This document shows, in pieces, positions 22,494 through 32,135 of a stretch of 64,000 nt of DNA. Position 1 is the first letter of the stretch. Each line of letters opens with the position of its first letter. A model generated the notes under the pieces. It saw nothing but the letters and a program-made list of their open reading frames with translations, was not told where the DNA came from and ran no database searches. This stretch comes from an uncultured Chloroflexia bacterium (GTDB lineage: Bacteria > Chloroflexota > Limnocylindria > Limnocylindrales > CSP1-4): NCBI GenBank assembly GCA_963829295.1, contig CAWHHU010000010.1:642871-706870 (forward strand), given 5' to 3'. A program made the position numbers and the translations under genes.

Positions 22494-23432
22494 ATGCTCC
22501 CGTTCATCGAGTCGCTCGTCCGGCAGATCACGCTGACGACGCTGCTCGACATTGCGATCACCGCGGTCGCGATCTACGCGCTGTTCAGCCTGATCCGGGG
22601 CACGCGGGCGGTCACCCTCGTCATCGGCGTGACCATCCTGCTCGGCATCTACGCGCTTGCCCAGTTCCTCGAGCTGCGCCTGTTCACCCAGCTGCTCCAG
22701 ACGGGCGCTGTCGTCGGCGTGTTCGCGCTGGTCGTCGTGTTCCAGCCGGAGCTTCGCCGGGCCCTGGAGCGGATCGGACGGGTTGGCACGTTCCGCTGGC
22801 TGGTCGCACCCACGACGCAGCACCAGATCGAGCATGTCGCCGCCGAGGTCGCCGGCGCCGCGGGTGTCCTGTCGCGCCGTCGCCATGGCGCCCTCATCGT
22901 GCTCGAACGCGAGACCGGCCTCGAGGAGATCGCCGAGACGGGCGTGATGCTCCACTCGGACCTTTCGAGCGCGCTGCTGTGCACCATCTTCGCGCCCAAG
23001 ACGGAGCTCCACGATGGTGCCGTCATCATCCGCGAGGACCGGATCGTGGCCGCCGCAGCTCTCCTGCCGCTGACGGACATGGAGCTCTCGCAGCGCTATG
23101 GCACCCGGCACCGGGCGGCGCTCGGGATCACGGAGGACACCGATGCGATCGCGGTCGTGGTGTCCGAGGAGAGTGGCCAGATGAGCGTGGTGGAGCGGGC
23201 GCGGATCGTCCGCGTGCCGACCGAGGCCCAGCTCGCGCGTTCACTCGGCTCCCTGCTCGAGACGCCGTCCATGCCCACCGGCCTCGGGCTGTGGCCGGCC
23301 CTCGGGCGCCGGACCAGCGCACGCATCCGGCTGGCGCGCCGGGCGCGCAGGGCTGATGCCGCGACGAGGGCGAACCCGGCCGCCGACGACGAGGAGGGTG
23401 GCGGCGCGGCCCCTGCGGTCGTCCGCCGGTGA
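22494..23432 (+). CDS. cdaA: Diadenylate cyclase CdaA (DAC domain, 3 N-terminal TM helices) with long Arg/Ala-rich C-terminal tail
   Basis: 3 TM helices, then a DAC domain (HGALIVLE...DGAVIIRED...RHRAALGITEDTDA). 312 aa, with a ~60-aa disordered tail. Confidence 0.88.
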   Translation: MLPFIESLVRQITLTTLLDIAITAVAIYALFSLIRGTRAVTLVIGVTILLGIYALAQFLELRLFTQLLQTGAVVGVFALVVVFQPELRRALERIGRVGTFRWLVAPTTQHQIEHVAAEVAGAAGVLSRRRHGALIVLERETGLEEIAETGVMLHSDLSSALLCTIFAPKTELHDGAVIIREDRIVAAAALLPLTDMELSQRYGTRHRAALGITEDTDAIAVVVSEESGQMSVVERARIVRVPTEAQLARSLGSLLETPSMPTGLGLWPALGRRTSARIRLARRARRADAATRANPAADDEEGGGAAPAVVRR

Positions 23433-24739
23433 GCGCGCGCGGGTTGATCCGACGCGCGGTCGGCGTCGTCGTCCACAACTGGCCGCTCAAGGTCGCCGCC
23501 ATCGTGCTGGCATCGCTGCTGTACGTGGGCCTCGTCGCTTCCCAGGACAGCAACACGCTCGAGGGCCCGATCACGATCCGGATCGACAAACCGGCGAACA
23601 CCGAGGTGACCAACCAGGTTCGCGACGTGGACCGGATCCGGTACATCGCGCCCTCCGGCGTACCCCGTCAGCGGGTCTCGGACTTCCAGGTGTCGATCGA
23701 CCTGAGCAACGTCCAGCCCGACGGCCAGCCGGCCACGGTCCGCGTCCAGGTCACCCCGCTGGATCCGCGGGTGACGATCGTCGACGTGCAGCCGCAGGAC
23801 GTCCAGGTCGTGCTCGACGAGGTAGCGTCCAAGACCGTACCGGTGCATGTGGAGCCGGGTCCACCGCCCTCCGGGATCCAGGTTGGCGAGGTGACCTACG
23901 ACCCGACCACGCTCACCGTGACCGGACCGTCGATGGTCGTGCGCCAGGTGGTTGCCGCCAGGGTCGATGTCCCACTCGACCGGGGCAACCTCAACGTGGA
24001 CTCCGAGATCGACGCCCGCCCGATCAACGCCGCCGGTGATGTGGTGACTGGGGTGAATTTCGAGCCGCGCACGGTGCATGTCACGATCCCGCTGTACACG
24101 AACCGCGAGTCACGGACGCTGCCGGTCAACCCGGTGGTGACCGGGAACCCCGCGCCCGGCTTCCGGATCGCCGGCATCAGGGTGGATCCCCAGGTGGTCA
24201 CGGTGGAGGGGAACGGGGACCGGCTGGCGACGTTGACCCAGGCGGACACCGCCCCGATCGCCCTGTTCGGAGCGACCAGTGACGTGACCGAGATCGTCGC
24301 GTACGCGCTCCCGTCCGGGGTCACTGCCACCGGGTCGGGGACGGCGACCGTGACCGTCCGCGTGGAGGCAGTGACCGAGACCCGCACCTATACGGCCGGC
24401 TTCCGACTCGACGGGTTGGATTCGGGCCTCACCTACGCCCTCTCGGACAACCAGGTCCTGATGACCCTGTACGGATCGGTGGCCGACCTCGACCGGCTGT
24501 CGTCCGCGCCGCTCGTCGTCGGGCTCGGCGTCGCGGGGCTGGGGCCAGGCTCGCACAGCGTTCCGGTCGTGCCGTCACTGCCCTCTGGCGTGACGGTCGC
24601 CTCGCTGTCGCCCCGCTCGGTGACGGTTACCATCACGGCGCCGCCGTCGCCGCCGCCGTCGCCCACCGCGACGTCCGGGGCCGCGTTCACAGAGCCGCCG
24701 ACCGGCACGCCGGGTCAGACGCCCACGCCGGCCCCCTGA
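23429..24739 (+). CDS. cdaR: CdaA regulatory protein CdaR (YbbR-like repeats)
   Basis: GTG overlaps the cdaA stop. N-terminal TM, then repeated YbbR-like beta domains and a C-terminal P/S/T-rich tail. Conserved cdaA-cdaR-glmM order. Confidence 0.8.
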   Translation: MSARGLIRRAVGVVVHNWPLKVAAIVLASLLYVGLVASQDSNTLEGPITIRIDKPANTEVTNQVRDVDRIRYIAPSGVPRQRVSDFQVSIDLSNVQPDGQPATVRVQVTPLDPRVTIVDVQPQDVQVVLDEVASKTVPVHVEPGPPPSGIQVGEVTYDPTTLTVTGPSMVVRQVVAARVDVPLDRGNLNVDSEIDARPINAAGDVVTGVNFEPRTVHVTIPLYTNRESRTLPVNPVVTGNPAPGFRIAGIRVDPQVVTVEGNGDRLATLTQADTAPIALFGATSDVTEIVAYALPSGVTATGSGTATVTVRVEAVTETRTYTAGFRLDGLDSGLTYALSDNQVLMTLYGSVADLDRLSSAPLVVGLGVAGLGPGSHSVPVVPSLPSGVTVASLSPRSVTVTITAPPSPPPSPTATSGAAFTEPPTGTPGQTPTPAP

Positions 24740-24795
24740 TCGCGTCGGGACGGAGCCGACACGGCACACCCTTCATCCCATCCACGAGGCCCTGC

Positions 24796-26130
24796 ATGAC
24801 TCGCCTGTTCGGCACCGATGGCATCCGCGGCGTCGCCAACGTCGACCTGCTGCCCTCGCTCGCCTTCGCGCTCGGACGGGCGACCGCCCACGAGATCGTG
24901 AAGCCCGGTGGATCGCTCGTGGTCGGGCGCGACACCCGGCGCTCGGGTGACATGTTCGTGGCGGCGATCACCGCCGGCGCCACGAGCATGGGCGTCGACG
25001 TCCACGTTGTCGGCGTGGTGCCGACCCCCGCGCTGGCGTTCCTCGCCGACTCCGGGGCCTTCGCGGCCGGGATCATGGTGTCCGCGTCGCACAATCCCGC
25101 GGAGGACAACGGCCTCAAGGTCCTCGACCCGCGGGGCCTCAAGCTGGCCGACGACACCGAGGACGACCTCGAGAACGCCATCCTGCGCGCCGATGAGCTG
25201 CCATCCGTGCCCGCGGCCGAGGTGGGGCGGGCGATCGACGCGGCCCCGCTCCTCGGGCGGTACGTGGAGCACAGGGCTGGGTTGGCGGCCGGGGTGACGG
25301 CCGGCGGGCTGCACGTCGTCCTCGACGCGGCAAACGGCGCCGCCTTCGAGGTCGCCCCGGCCATCCTGCGGGCGACCGGGGCACGGGTGACCGTCATCAA
25401 CGACCGCCCGGACGGCGACAACATCAACCGGGACTGCGGCGCCACCGATCCCGCGTCGCTGGCCGACGCGGTTCGTGCCGCCGGGGCCGATGTCGGGTTC
25501 GCCCTCGACGGCGATGCCGACCGGTGCGTGGCGGTCGATGGAACCGGCGAGCTCGTCGACGGTGATCAGGTGCTGGGCATCCTGGCCCTCGAACGTCTCT
25601 CGCGGGGGGCCCTGGACCACGGCAGCCTGGTGGTCTCGGTGCTGTCCAACGGCGGCCTGCAGGCGGCGATCGAGGGCGCCGGTGGCCGGATCGTCCGCAC
25701 GCCGGTGGGCGACAAGCACATCCTGGCCGCCATGTTGGTGTCGGGCGCCGGCCTGGGTGGTGAGAAGAGCGGCCACGTCATCGTGCGCGAGCACACGTTG
25801 TCGGGTGACGGGATCGTGACCGCGATCGAGCTGCTCCGGGTGATGACGGCGGCCGGTGCGAGCCTCGGCGAGCTTGCCCGCGCGATCCGGCTGCTGCCCC
25901 AGGCCCAGCGCGCGATCCGGGTCCGGCATCGCGACCAGTGGGAGAACGACGACACGCTCCGGCAGGCCATCGCCGATGCGGAGCGCCGGCTCGAGCCCCA
26001 CGGACGGGTCCTGGTCCGTCCGTCGGGCACGGAGCCCGTTCTGAGGGTGATGGTCGAGGGCAGCGATCCCGCGATGGTGATCAGCCTGGCCGACGGGATC
26101 GCGGCGCTCGCGGCCGAGCGTCTACACTAG
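24796..26130 (+). CDS. glmM: Phosphoglucosamine mutase
   Basis: MTRLFGTDGIRG..., phosphoserine loop SASHNP, 444 aa. Confidence 0.94.
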   Translation: MTRLFGTDGIRGVANVDLLPSLAFALGRATAHEIVKPGGSLVVGRDTRRSGDMFVAAITAGATSMGVDVHVVGVVPTPALAFLADSGAFAAGIMVSASHNPAEDNGLKVLDPRGLKLADDTEDDLENAILRADELPSVPAAEVGRAIDAAPLLGRYVEHRAGLAAGVTAGGLHVVLDAANGAAFEVAPAILRATGARVTVINDRPDGDNINRDCGATDPASLADAVRAAGADVGFALDGDADRCVAVDGTGELVDGDQVLGILALERLSRGALDHGSLVVSVLSNGGLQAAIEGAGGRIVRTPVGDKHILAAMLVSGAGLGGEKSGHVIVREHTLSGDGIVTAIELLRVMTAAGASLGELARAIRLLPQAQRAIRVRHRDQWENDDTLRQAIADAERRLEPHGRVLVRPSGTEPVLRVMVEGSDPAMVISLADGIAALAAERLH

Positions 26131-26154
26131 CCGCCCGCGGGGCGCGGACGGTTC

Positions 26155-26179
26155 CCGACCGTGGCCGGACCACGGTCGG
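26155..26179 (+). terminator. Perfect 10-bp stem / 5-nt loop hairpin in the glmM-glmS spacer (intrinsic terminator or attenuator, no U-tract)
   Basis: CCGACCGTGG-CCGGA-CCACGGTCGG read directly from the sequence. Confidence 0.4.
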
Positions 26180-26231
26180 CTCCCGCTCGTGGCGGGGCCG
26201 CAGCTCGTGACGCAGGAGACTTCCCAGGCCC

Positions 26232-28061
<1,830 letters not shown>

Positions 28062-28063
28062 CG

Positions 28064-28666
28064 ATGGCGCGCCCGAACCGGGCCTCGGAGGCGTTGCCGC
28101 CCGCCGGGACGGTGCCCGATGGCACGACCGAGCTGGGCATCGACATCGTCAAGGTGGACCGAATCAGAGCGGCCATGGCCCGGTTCGGCGACCGCTTCTC
28201 GCGCCGCGTCCTGACCGACGCGGAGCGACGCTATGTCCGCGACCGTGCGGAGACGTTCGCCGGCCGGTGGGCGGCCAAGGAGGCCGTGTCGAAGGTCCTG
28301 GGCCTGGGCGTCCGTGGCATCGGCTGGCGGGACATCGAGGTGGAGCGGCTGCCCACCGGGCAGCCATCGATCGCGCTGCACGGGCGTGCGGTCACCCGGG
28401 CGGAGCAGCTCGGGATGGGCCGGATCGCCGTCTCGATCACCCATGAGGCGGAGTACGCGGTCGCGATCGCGTTCGGGATCAGGACGGCCGGCGGACGGTA
28501 CCTGTTCCCACCCGACATCGAGCAGCGGCTCGACGGCCGCGAACGGGCCCTGCTGGCCCGGTTCGAGCGGATGCGCGAGCTCCACGAGGCGACGCGGGCC
28601 ATGGCGGCCGAGGTCGACGCCGTCGAGAGCGCAGGCACGCTGCGAGATGAGGTGCGGCATGCGTGA
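28064..28666 (+). CDS. acpS: Holo-[acyl-carrier-protein] synthase with about 75-aa C-terminal extension
   Basis: ATG at 28064, 2 nt after the glmS stop. IDIVKVDRI..., GRWAAKEAVSKVLG. Confidence 0.8.
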   Translation: MARPNRASEALPPAGTVPDGTTELGIDIVKVDRIRAAMARFGDRFSRRVLTDAERRYVRDRAETFAGRWAAKEAVSKVLGLGVRGIGWRDIEVERLPTGQPSIALHGRAVTRAEQLGMGRIAVSITHEAEYAVAIAFGIRTAGGRYLFPPDIEQRLDGRERALLARFERMRELHEATRAMAAEVDAVESAGTLRDEVRHA

Positions 28667-29921
28667 TCGACGACCCGTGGGTTTCGGCAGCCCGGCGCCG
28701 GATGCTGTCGTCGAACGCAGCACGGTGGGCGTCGCCGCCGGGCCCCGGACGCTGGACGACGACGCGATGGCCGGCCTCGTCCCGCGGCGCAGCAAGCGCG
28801 GCCACAAGGGGAGCTTCGGCAAGCTGCTCGTGATCGCCGGCTCGCTCGACTACGCGGGTGCCGCCCTGCTGGTATGCCGCGCGGCCGGCCGCGCCGGAGC
28901 CGGCCTGGTGACCCTTGCGGTACCCGAGTCGCTCCAGCCGCTGTTCGCGGCCAAGGTGGTCGAGGCCACCACCATGGCGATGCCCGAGGACGACGTCGAG
29001 GAGGTCGATCCCGAGCCTGCGCTGGCCAAGGTGCTCGACCACGACCATGACGCGCTGGTCGTCGGGCCCGGGCTTCGGCCGTCGTTGGCGACCGCGGAGC
29101 TGCTCCGGCTGCTGCTGACGGCCGGCGAAGAAGCCCTGAACGGATGGCCAGAGGGGTCGCCGCCTCGCTCCGCCGACGCGACGCCGGTGGTGCTGGACGC
29201 CGAGGCGCTGCGGACGCTGGCGGCGGCGGACGCGTGGTGGACGCGGGTGGGCCGGCCCTGCGTGCTCACGCCGCACAGCGGTGAGTTCGCCCGCCTGCGG
29301 GCGGGCAGCGGTCATGACCCCGCCGACGACGGCGATCTCAACGGCGACGATGATGCTCGGGCTCGAGCCGCGGTTGCCGCGGCCACCGAGTGGGGCCAGG
29401 TGGTGGTCCTCAAGGGTGCCCGGACGGTGATTGCCGCGCCCGGCGGCAAGCTGGCGGTGGCTCCGTTCGAGAATCCAGCCATGGCCTCCGGTGGCACCGG
29501 CGACGTGCTGTCGGGCACGATCGGGGGGCTGCTGGCGCAGGGATTGGCGCCGTTCGATGCGGCCAGGCTGGGTGTCTACCTCCACGGGCTCGCGGGCGAT
29601 GCCGTGCGCGAGCGCATCGGCGATGCCGGGCTGCTGGCCGGCGACCTGCCCGACGCGCTGCCGATCGGACGCCGTCGTCTGGCCCGGATCGCGGAGCGCC
29701 AGCGGAGCGGGCGACGCCTCGGATTTGGTGCGCGAGACGACCCCGAGGCGGCCGGGACGGATCCGGGCGACGCGCGAAACGACGCACACGACGAGGGCCC
29801 CGACCCGGTTGACGGCGACGGGCAGGAGCCGGCCGGAGGCGAGGATCGCGAGCCTGGCAGCGACAGCACCGATGCGACGGCCATGGACGGTGCATCCCGT
29901 GGCCCGCGGAGCGGGAGGTGA
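28659..29921 (+). CDS. nnr: ADP-dependent NAD(P)H-hydrate dehydratase (YjeF C-terminal domain only) with acidic disordered tail
   Basis: ATG overlaps the acpS stop (ATGCGTGA). GTGDVLSG motif, carbohydrate-kinase fold. No YjeF-N epimerase domain. Confidence 0.82.
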   Translation: MRDRRPVGFGSPAPDAVVERSTVGVAAGPRTLDDDAMAGLVPRRSKRGHKGSFGKLLVIAGSLDYAGAALLVCRAAGRAGAGLVTLAVPESLQPLFAAKVVEATTMAMPEDDVEEVDPEPALAKVLDHDHDALVVGPGLRPSLATAELLRLLLTAGEEALNGWPEGSPPRSADATPVVLDAEALRTLAAADAWWTRVGRPCVLTPHSGEFARLRAGSGHDPADDGDLNGDDDARARAAVAAATEWGQVVVLKGARTVIAAPGGKLAVAPFENPAMASGGTGDVLSGTIGGLLAQGLAPFDAARLGVYLHGLAGDAVRERIGDAGLLAGDLPDALPIGRRRLARIAERQRSGRRLGFGARDDPEAAGTDPGDARNDAHDEGPDPVDGDGQEPAGGEDREPGSDSTDATAMDGASRGPRSGR

Positions 29922-31270
29922 CGCTGAACGAGATCGGCGAGCTGTCGCCGGCCCTCGCGGCGCGCAGGCCGATCGAGGATTGCCTCGCGGCGGCAGGCCT
30001 GCCCCAGCTGCCCCGGACCGCCTGGCTCGAGGTCGACCTCGATGCGCTGCGTGGCAACCTCGGCGTGCTCCGCGAGCTCGTCGGGCCCGACGTTCGCCTC
30101 GAGCCGGTCGTCAAGGCCGACGCCTACGGTCATGGCGCTGGCCCGGTCGCACGCACGCTCGAGGCGGCCGGAGCCGATGGGCTCGCGGTCGCCACCATCG
30201 ACGAGGCGGTGGAGCTGCGCGACGCCGGTGTGACGCTGCCGATCCTGGTCCTGTACCCGGTGCCGCCGGGGCAGGTCGCCACGCCCGTCGCGCTGGGTGT
30301 CGCGGTCGCGCTCGGCGGGGGAGCGTCCGCCCAAAGGGTGCTCGCGGCCGCAGATCGCGCGCTGGCGGACCACCCCGGCCAGGTGCTCGACATCCACCTC
30401 GAGCTCGAGACGGGTCTCGGGCGTGGCGGCATTCTGCCGGGCGATGCGGCCGCGTCGGTGGCGGCGATCGGGCAGCGGGCGGGCGTGCGTCTGGGTGGGA
30501 TCTGGACCCACGTGGCCGCAGCCGATGACCTGGCGGCCACCCGCCTCCAGGATGCGCGGTTCGGGGCGGCGCTCGACGGCCTTGCCGACGCCGCCCGGCT
30601 GGGTGGCCGCGATGCCTGGCGCCACCTCGCCGCGAGCGGCGTCGTGCTGGCGGCCGACGTGCGACGCTGGGACGCGGTGCGCGTCGGGCTGGCCGTCTAT
30701 GGCCTGGTCCCCGACGCCCTCGTCCCGCCGCCCGAGACCTCGGAGGCCGCCGCCCGCCTGCGCCCGGCCATGAGCCTCGTCACGCGACCCATCCGCGTGG
30801 CCCGGCTGCCGTCCGGGCACGGGGTGAGCTACGGCCCGTCGTTCGTGACCGCCCGGCCGACGCAGATCGCAACCCTCCCAGTCGGGTACGGGGATGGCTG
30901 GCGGCGGGCGCTGTCCGATCGTGCCCAGGCGCTGGTCCGCGGACATCGCGTGCCGCTCGTCGGCCGGGTATCCATGGATGCTGTGATGGCCGACGTCACC
31001 GACGTTCCGGGCCCGCCCGTCACCGAGGACGACGAGGTGGTGCTGCTGGGGGCGCAGGGAAGCCAGCGGATCACGGCCTTCGAGCTGGCGGCGACCTGTG
31101 AGACGATCTCCTACGAGATCCTGACCGGGCTGTCCCGCCGTCTGCCCCGGGTGTACCATGCCGCGGGTTCGCCCGTGGAGATCCGGCTCCTTGCGGGCGG
31201 GAGGTCCGAATGGCGCGAATCGAGCTCTGGAACGGCGATATCTGCGACCTCGAGGTCGACGCGATCGTAA
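29918..31270 (+). CDS. alr: Alanine racemase
   Basis: VVKADAYGHG PLP-lysine motif. GTG start overlapping the nnr stop. The C-terminal ~20 codons overlap the next gene. Confidence 0.9.
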   Translation: MTLNEIGELSPALAARRPIEDCLAAAGLPQLPRTAWLEVDLDALRGNLGVLRELVGPDVRLEPVVKADAYGHGAGPVARTLEAAGADGLAVATIDEAVELRDAGVTLPILVLYPVPPGQVATPVALGVAVALGGGASAQRVLAAADRALADHPGQVLDIHLELETGLGRGGILPGDAAASVAAIGQRAGVRLGGIWTHVAAADDLAATRLQDARFGAALDGLADAARLGGRDAWRHLAASGVVLAADVRRWDAVRVGLAVYGLVPDALVPPPETSEAAARLRPAMSLVTRPIRVARLPSGHGVSYGPSFVTARPTQIATLPVGYGDGWRRALSDRAQALVRGHRVPLVGRVSMDAVMADVTDVPGPPVTEDDEVVLLGAQGSQRITAFELAATCETISYEILTGLSRRLPRVYHAAGSPVEIRLLAGGRSEWRESSSGTAISATSRSTRS

Positions 31271-31800
31271 GTCCCGCGGCGACCTCGTTGTGGATGTCGA
31301 CCGGCGTGGCGGGCGAGCTCAAGCGTGCGGGCGGCGATGAGATCGAGTTCGCTGCCATCCGCCAGGCACCGGCGGTGATCGGCACGGCGGTGGTCACCCC
31401 GGCCGGCCGGCTCGCGGCCCGCTACCTCATCCATGCCGTGTCGCTCGAGCGCGATCGCCGGACCAGCGAGGCCGCGATCGACCAGGCCGCCCGGAGCGCG
31501 ATGGCGCGGGCACGCGAGCTGGGTCTGGCGAGCATCGCGTTCCCGGCGCTCGGGACGGGCATCGGGGGCTTCCCGATGGCCGAGGCGGCCCGGGTGGCGG
31601 TCCATGCGGTCCGCGACGAGCTTCGGACCCCCTCCACGATCGAGCACGTCGTGTTCGCCCTGCGCGGCGCCGCCGCCTATGAGGCGTTCGCCCACGCCCT
31701 GTCCGCGGCGGACGTCTCGTCGCCCAACGCGGCGTCGACCGCCGCCGGCTCCACGACGGTGCCCTTGCCGGCCAGAGGGGCCGACGAGGCGCGCCGGTGA
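31210..31800 (+). CDS. Macro-domain protein (ADP-ribose binding / O-acetyl-ADP-ribose deacetylase-like)
   Basis: ICDLEVDAIVSPA..., GTGIGGFP, 196 aa. Starts inside the alr 3' end. Confidence 0.75.
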   Translation: MARIELWNGDICDLEVDAIVSPAATSLWMSTGVAGELKRAGGDEIEFAAIRQAPAVIGTAVVTPAGRLAARYLIHAVSLERDRRTSEAAIDQAARSAMARARELGLASIAFPALGTGIGGFPMAEAARVAVHAVRDELRTPSTIEHVVFALRGAAAYEAFAHALSAADVSSPNAASTAAGSTTVPLPARGADEARR

Positions 31801-32087
31801 GCCTGCCGCTGGAGCCGTTCGATGAGCGCCGTGAGGCGCTCGTGGAGGCGGTCGCGCGCGAGATCCGCATCCGCGGCCTCACCGGCCCGGCCGTCCATTT
31901 TCTCGAGGCCAGCCGGCCGTATCGTCCACTCGGGGCGCCCGCGATGCTGTTCTTCGATCCCGTCCTGCGGGACCTGTTCGGTGGCGAGACCCCGGTCGCA
32001 AGCGAGCTCCTGCGCGACGATGCCGGGATCGAGGCGCTGATCGATCGGCTCGAGGAGCTCGACGAAGCCGACGGCTGGGACGCCTGA
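31797..32087 (+). CDS. Small acidic hypothetical protein (96 aa)
   Basis: GTG overlaps the macro-gene stop. High GC3 coding signature. Acidic C-terminus (EELDEADGWDA). Confidence 0.5.
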   Translation: MSLPLEPFDERREALVEAVAREIRIRGLTGPAVHFLEASRPYRPLGAPAMLFFDPVLRDLFGGETPVASELLRDDAGIEALIDRLEELDEADGWDA

Positions 32088-32135
32088 CGCCCCGGACCCG
32101 GTGGTCGGCATGCCGCCACTGGTAGCATCGGGCCG

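Noticed and set aside
22415-23356. 313-aa Arg-rich plus ORF overlapping cdaA in another frame
   Set aside because: No motifs and extreme Arg/Pro/Gly composition. cdaA in the alternative frame has a clear TM + DAC domain.
26131-26231. glmS ribozyme upstream of glmS
   Set aside because: The spacer is only 101 nt and lacks the conserved ribozyme core. It is called only as a hairpin.
28233-28658. N-terminal 142 codons of ORF 28233..29921
   Set aside because: This is an out-of-frame overlap with acpS. The dehydratase homology begins only after the ATG at 28659, which overlaps the acpS stop.
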